A stretch of 52,937 nt of DNA, counting the filler, from Catajapyx aquilonaris (lineage: Eukaryota): the NCBI GenBank assembly GCA_000934665.2. It is 3 parts of 3 records of this genome, joined end to end, with 100 filler letters (N's around TTAATTAATTAA, not from the genome) between each part and the next. Parts side by side here need not be neighbours in the genome. Positions count along the whole stretch, not along the records: positions 35,427 to 52,937 come from JYFJ02006926.1; 2 more parts are not named here. One strand, written 5' to 3'. The position numbers and the translations under genes were made by a program. The notes under the pieces are model-generated. The model saw nothing but the letters and a program-made list of their open reading frames with translations, ran no database searches and was not told the origin of the DNA. Positions within the stretch are counted from its first letter, which is position 1. Each line of letters begins with the position of its first letter. Positions 48,945-52,937 of this stretch are shown in pieces.

Positions 48945-51900
48945 TAATAATAATAATAATGCTAAGAATGTGCAAGAATTACAGGGTGTTCCAAGTATAC
49001 AGGTCCTTTTAGTTGTGGGAAATTTTGCTCAATTACTGGGATAGCAGCCACACAAAAGATACCCAAAGAAGGTAGGGGATTTGTGAAATGCAAGTTTTTG
49101 TCAGTGAATGAAGAGTTTTGGTGTTAGGTGAATGGTATACAGCATGTTCCAAGTGTCCAGGTCCTTGTAGTTATTGAAAATTTTGCCTGAAGTTGTTGAG
49201 TCATTCCATGTCAATCCTGTAAGTGGTGGTGGCTCAACCCATAGACCTTAGAGTGTGGAGGAGACGCCGCATCTCCATGTAAAAGAGAGAATCACCAATT
49301 GATGGAGTTGCAAGCCGGGTTAGCAGGTGGCGTACGGGCGTCTGAGCCGCCAACTCGCGTCCAGCCGTGTAACTATTTGCTCAGGAGGGTACCTTGTTGC
49401 CGCTTTTAGCCCGTGGGTCGGAGGGAAAAGGGACAGTAACTGGGGCTGGCTGGCTTGCCCCGGGGGCAAATCGGGGTGGAGGGTTAAAAGCGGCAACGAG
49501 GTGCCCTCCTGAGCAAATAGTTACACTCCTGGTCGCCAGTTGGCGGCTCAGACGCCCGTACGCCACCGGCTAACCCGGCTTGCAACTCCATCAATTGGTG
49601 CGGCGTCTCCTCCGTGCTCTCAGGTCTATGGCTCAACCCATTCCGATGTAACTGAAAAAAAATCAGGTAGGTAGGGATCCACACCTTATTGCAGAATACT
49701 AAATTTGAGGCCACTGGAGTCAAATCTCACGGAGATATAGCAATGTAAAGTTCAACAATGACGTCCATGTAAAGTATTTTTAACTGTTCAGATTGTTCTC
49801 CCAACATGAACATAATAATATAATAATAATAATTCATACCCCATTATCAGCCTATTGGCTCTTTAGGGGGGAGTTTTGTTTTGCCTGGAACTCTTTGCTT
49901 TCATTTTACTGTGCTCTTTGGGATAGGATGGGGACGGAAGGAAGCGGCTGTGGCCTATTAATTACGGAAGCAACTCCGGAATTTTTCTGGGAGGACCTTG
50001 GGAAATCACAGAAAACCACGGTCAGAGTTGCCGTCCCTGGGATTCGAACCCAGGACCTCCCGATTAGCAGTCGGACGCCTTATCCACTATGCCAACCTGC
50101 TTCGGTTCCTAACATGAACATGTTATAGGCCTATATCAAATGGAAGGCAAATGCAGAGAAGAATAACATGGGAGGGGGTATGTTTAGCTCACGCTGGGAG
50201 GTGGAAAAACTGATTAGCATGCACCATGGTAGTTTAGCCCCCTTCCACGAGGTGGTAGGAGCAGTTTGAGCCTCAAACTGCACCATTTCTGTCTAAACTC
50301 CAGCGCGCCCTGTTCAAAAACCCGCAAGACCTCATATGATACACGTAGCCCGCAAAGGATTAAAGGACCACCAATACTAGGAACAAACTGTATAGTGCCA
50401 GCTGCAAAAAAAGAGAGAATTGCCAAGTAACTTCACTAAATTTAGATATAATGGGTGGATTGCTAAGACGGAGTTTAAACTGCAGCTCAATTAGATCGAG
50501 GTTTAAACTGGGATTCCGCTTGCAAAGACGAGGCTCAGTCCCAAGAAGGGGTTCAAACCGCGATCTAGCCCAGACCACCTTCGAGAGTGGTTTAAACCTG
50601 GTTCAGGCGGCTAGATGGAGTCGGACGGGCTTGATTATGACAGTGGTCTTCACCTTCTGCAGCAATTGAAGCATCGCGATGCTGTCGACCGCCCCGCCAT
50701 TGTGCACCTCAACGTATGTGCTACAGCTTCATTTTCAGTGCCATTCAAAAATTCTCAAAAATGGCGAACTTTGTGTAATATTAAAATCAAAATTTGGCCG
50801 CCATCTTGATATAGAAATTCACTTCCGTCGATTTTCGATGCAATATTATGAAAGAGTGTAAAATAAGAGCTTCCGAAATCACTATGTCGGAAAGTGGTCC
50901 AGTTGACTGTGGAATGCCCTCAGGCAGCCCACGGACACTTATACTACGTTCTGGCGTTATCACCTGCCGAGGCATTTTGCAGCGGCTGCTCACCTGAGAC
51001 TGCCAGGAGACATTTAGGAGGACACGATAAGTGGCGACCCTACCGGATTAGGCTGAACTTTATCGGTACGAAAGGGGAGGGCCACATGCTGGCCCAACAT
51101 GGCCGCCGGTGGCCATGTTGGGCCCCCCAATGTAGCCCTCCCCTTTCGTACCTATAAAGTTCAGCCTAATCCGGTAGGGTCGCCACTTATCGTGTCCTCC
51201 CAAATGTCTCCTGGCGGTCTCAGGTGATCAGCCGCTGCAAAACTCCTCGGCAGGGGGTGGGTGGGAGTGACCAGACCTTACTTATATGACCGTGCCCTCA
51301 GGCATCGGCACAGTACCTTTATTTTCCTGTGTTTTACACGCTAGTACAGGTGGACCTTTAACCGTAACGCCTGGGTACCGCGAGCGATAGGGGGGATGAC
51401 AGGAGGGGATGTGCAAGTGCAGTGCAATGACATATGTGGTCATTTTGTGAGCTCCCCCGGGTGGTTTAGTCTATCGGAAATACCACCCAAGACGAAGTCA
51501 GAGATGGCCCTAAACTCTGCACGAGATGAAGGGGGTGTCCCCGGGCGAGATTTGATCCCGGGACCTTAACATCCATGGGCGCATACGTTACCGCAGCGCC
51601 ACTTCGCCTCCCTTACAGTATGCAACCAATAGTGTGTAGGCATCATTTAATTACAAGTCTAGTCAACAATTCACAACTCAAAAAAATTAAGTATCACCCA
51701 CTTTTGCTATTGGCATGTCTAGGAAGTGATGCCGCTTTTGATTGTAAAAGAGTTTAAATAATTTATCCCGAAACACTTGAGGGCAACATAATGGCACATA
51801 TCATGGACATGCTGGTTTTTGCTAATATTTACAATGTTGTGGGGATGGAAAAAAAAAAGTGTTAGTATGAAGTACAGTACATGCAGTAGCAAATTCTAAA

Positions 51901-52250
51901 CTACTGAAGAATGTGTTAACTGTTCTAGACCAACTAAGCTGATAGGAGTATTCAGTTGACATGCAGCCAGTTGTCGGGAATCCATCATGAAGTGAAACTA
52001 GACTAACAGTGTTGTTGGATGTTTCAGCTTTATAGCTCACGTACGTGACAACAAGCCCTGTGATATACTGCCCGAAAATGAGTACAACATTCTACTAAAA
52101 GAGACCTGTGAACAACTGGATAAGCTCAAGACATGCCATTCAGAAAACCAACTAGCTACGTCGATGAAGGAGAAAATTGTTGCTCAGATCATTCCAGTCC
52201 ATGAGGAAACAGAAAGAGAGGCACTGAGGAGATGGAAGTATGAAGAGAAG
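38850..52250 (+). CDS. PRPF39: Pre-mRNA-processing factor 39 (PRP39)-like HAT-repeat protein, first 7 coding exons (~425 aa); continues beyond window
   Basis: Phase-compatible GT-AG exons 38850-39049, 43957-44161, 46370-46606, 46669-46784, 47440-47565, 47691-47858, 52028-52250. Translation includes DFHAWTYLIQHCE, FLPLYPYCYAYWQRYSDLEKRH, VEAIPLSSELWLGYL, DSLWDAYIKWE, LLKIPTRLYNRHWDNFIAHV, RRWKYEEK. The first two exons rest on splice-phase fit only and are less certain. Confidence 0.85.
39309..40027. mobile_element. Non-autonomous mariner derivative with long inverted ends
   Basis: TA-CGAGGGGCATTCATAAA..TTTATGAACGCCCCTCG-TA. Internal DFYNDGALQVVHRWGKCVALQGSY is the mariner transposase C-terminus. 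Interrupted by a hAT MITE. Confidence 0.85.
39621..39935. mobile_element. hAT MITE nested in the mariner derivative
   Basis: CAGGGGTGGGCAAAG..CTTTGCCCACCCCTG. Perfect TSD ATATAGAG. Confidence 0.9.
40046..40537. mobile_element. TTAA-targeting (Kolobok-like) MITE, copy 1
   Basis: TTAA-AGGGACACTCCACTCAAAATACAAGTTGG..CCAACTTGTATTTTGAGTGGAGTGTCCCT-TTAA. Confidence 0.85.
40979..41540. mobile_element. Tc1/mariner-type palindromic MITE (562 bp)
   Basis: TA-CAGGGTGTTTATTGTAACTCTGCAAAGACT.. and its reverse complement. Arms pair over more than 200 bp. Confidence 0.9.
41941..42214. mobile_element. GC-rich foldback element
   Basis: TTAATATAAAAGGCTC..GAGCCTTTTATATTAA with arms pairing ~110 bp and an inner hairpin CCCTCCGATGAAAGGA/TCCTTTCATCGGAGGG. 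Confidence 0.75.
42395..42826 (-). mobile_element. Full-length tRNA-derived SINE with (TTA/TTC)n tail
   Basis: Minus-strand head GGGAGGCGAAGTGGCACTGCGG..GGTTCGATCCC. Microsatellite tail 42395-42494. 16-bp TSD GGAGGAGGGGTAGCTT (42379-42394, 42827-42842). Confidence 0.88.
42965..43760. mobile_element. hAT MITE
   Basis: CAGGGGTGGGCAAAC..GTTTGCCCACCCCTG. TSD ATATAAGC/ATATAAAC. Confidence 0.85.
43074..43490. mobile_element. Tc1/mariner-type MITE nested in hAT MITE
   Basis: TA-CTGGGTGGACCAACTTC..GAAGTTGGTCCACCCTG-TA, with arms of ~120 bp. Confidence 0.85.
44730..45360. mobile_element. TIR MITE hosting a hAT MITE
   Basis: AGGTGCGAATCTTCGACGTCTCGCACAAACCTG / CAGGTTTGCATGAGACGTCGAAGATTCGGGCCT. Confidence 0.7.
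44785..45186. mobile_element. hAT MITE
   Basis: CAGTGATTCCCAAACT..AGTTTGGGAACCAATG. TSD TTCTAGAG/TTCCAGAG. GCGGCCCA subterminal repeats. Confidence 0.85.
45736..45981. mobile_element. MITE with 4-bp TSD (Sola-like)
   Basis: GAAGAGTCCAGGGGAAAAAGGGGGAATGTCA / TGACATTCCCCCTTTTTCCCCTGGACTCTTC, flanked by AAGT on both sides. Confidence 0.75.
46072..46233. mobile_element. 162-bp palindromic Tc1-type MITE
   Basis: TA-CAGTGTTGGACAT..ATGTCCAACACTG-TA, nearly fully palindromic. Confidence 0.85.
47955..48446. mobile_element. TTAA-targeting (Kolobok-like) MITE, copy 2
   Basis: Same ~100-bp TIR family as 40046-40537, TTAA TSD. Confidence 0.85.
48547..48956 (+). mobile_element. tRNA-derived SINE with internal inverted duplication
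   Basis: B box GGTTCGAATC, body matches 49814-50110, A/TA/TAA tail. 15-bp TSD TAATGCTAAGAATGT (48532-48546, 48957-48971). Confidence 0.85.
49240..49630. mobile_element. Palindromic MITE with CATAGAC termini and 8-bp TSD (P- or hAT-like)
   Basis: CATAGACC..GGTCTATG. TSD GCTCAACC (49232-49239, 49631-49638). Long paired arms. Confidence 0.85.
49814..50110 (-). mobile_element. tRNA-derived SINE (family of 48547-48956)
   Basis: Minus-strand TGGCATAGTGG A box and GGTTCGAATCCC B box, (TTA)n tail, 11-bp TSD AACATGAACAT. Confidence 0.88.
50963..51254. repeat. ~290-bp GC-rich foldback
   Basis: CCTGCCGAGG..GGTACGAAAGGGGAGGG pairs with CCCTCCCCTTTCGTACC..CCTCGGCAGG. Inner GGCCCAACATGGCC/GGCCATGTTGGGCC stem. 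Confidence 0.85.
51275..51612 (-). mobile_element. tRNA-derived SINE (family of 42395-42826)
   Basis: Near-identical head (plus strand CATGGGCGCATACGTTACCGCAGCGCCACTTCGCCTCCC) and body. Confidence 0.8.
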
Positions 52251-52572
52251 GTTTGGGGACATCTTTATCTCTCTTGACTCATATTTTGTCACATCAGGTT
52301 AGGATAATATGACACTGACTGCCAGAAACAGGAGTTAGAAGATAGTTTGTACACCACAGTAGTTTCATAACATCACCAATGATTGAGTGTTGTCGATTGC
52401 ATTACCACGGAAGCAGGGCGTGCAAAAAAGGCGTTGTAATTTAGTCACAATCGACAACAATCAAGCATTGTTGCAACGATTGCCACGTTAACCAAGTGCC
52501 GTGTAATCTCATTTCAATTATATGGATTCATTAAAATACAGTTCAACAAAGCTTACAAAATCCACACACGTA

Positions 52573-52937
52573 CGAGGGGTGTTATATAAGTTCGTGGTTT
52601 CAAGTAGACATACGCGAGACATGACAAAGAAACAATTTTATTTCTCAACATAGTCCCCACACCGATCAATACACTTTGTCCATCTTCGTGGCAACTTCTC
52701 CAAACCGCTCCGGTAGAAGGAAGAATCCCACCCCCCCAAGACGTCCTCCACAGCTGCCTTGACCTCTTCGTCACTCCCATGGAGTCGACCCCGCAGGTGT
52801 TTCTTCACGTTCGGGAACATAATGAGGTACCCAGGTTTCATCCTGTGTGACCAGACGAGCGTAAAATCCTTCTGCATCAGCATTCAGCAGGTCCAAATTT
52901 GATTGTGACATCTCCCGACGCGCCGCCTTCTGTTCTG
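52573..52937 (-). mobile_element. Mariner 3' end with transposase C-terminus, probably defective
   Basis: TA-CGAGGGGTG TIR. ORF 52638-52883 ends VKKHLRGRLHGSDEEVKAAV..FYRSGLEKLPRRWTKCIDRCGDYVEK. The YSPDLAPxD motif is missing. Confidence 0.85.

Overview
Repeat-rich arthropod-type genomic DNA (eukaryotic, with spliceosomal introns). From left to right it holds: (1) two tandem, intact 6-exon takeout/JHBP-family genes on the minus strand; (2) a cluster of intronless divergent ionotropic receptor (IR) genes: one 4-lesion pseudogene, one frameshifted copy cut by a gap, and one intact 728-aa gene on the plus strand; (3) about 12 kb of decayed, locally duplicated transposon sequence with KDZ-transposase-like, Ulp1-protease-like and PHD-like remnants plus a LINE fragment; (4) the 5' seven coding exons of a divergent PRP39-like splicing-factor gene, whose introns are packed with nested MITEs and tRNA-derived SINEs. 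Two 100-nt gaps carry an artificial TTAATTAATTAA spacer. The most unusual signal is that three of the four lesions in the IR pseudogene are exact +TA duplications, a pattern also seen in a nearby repeat copy. Gene models were built by hand from GT-AG sites and paralog comparison. No database searches were run.
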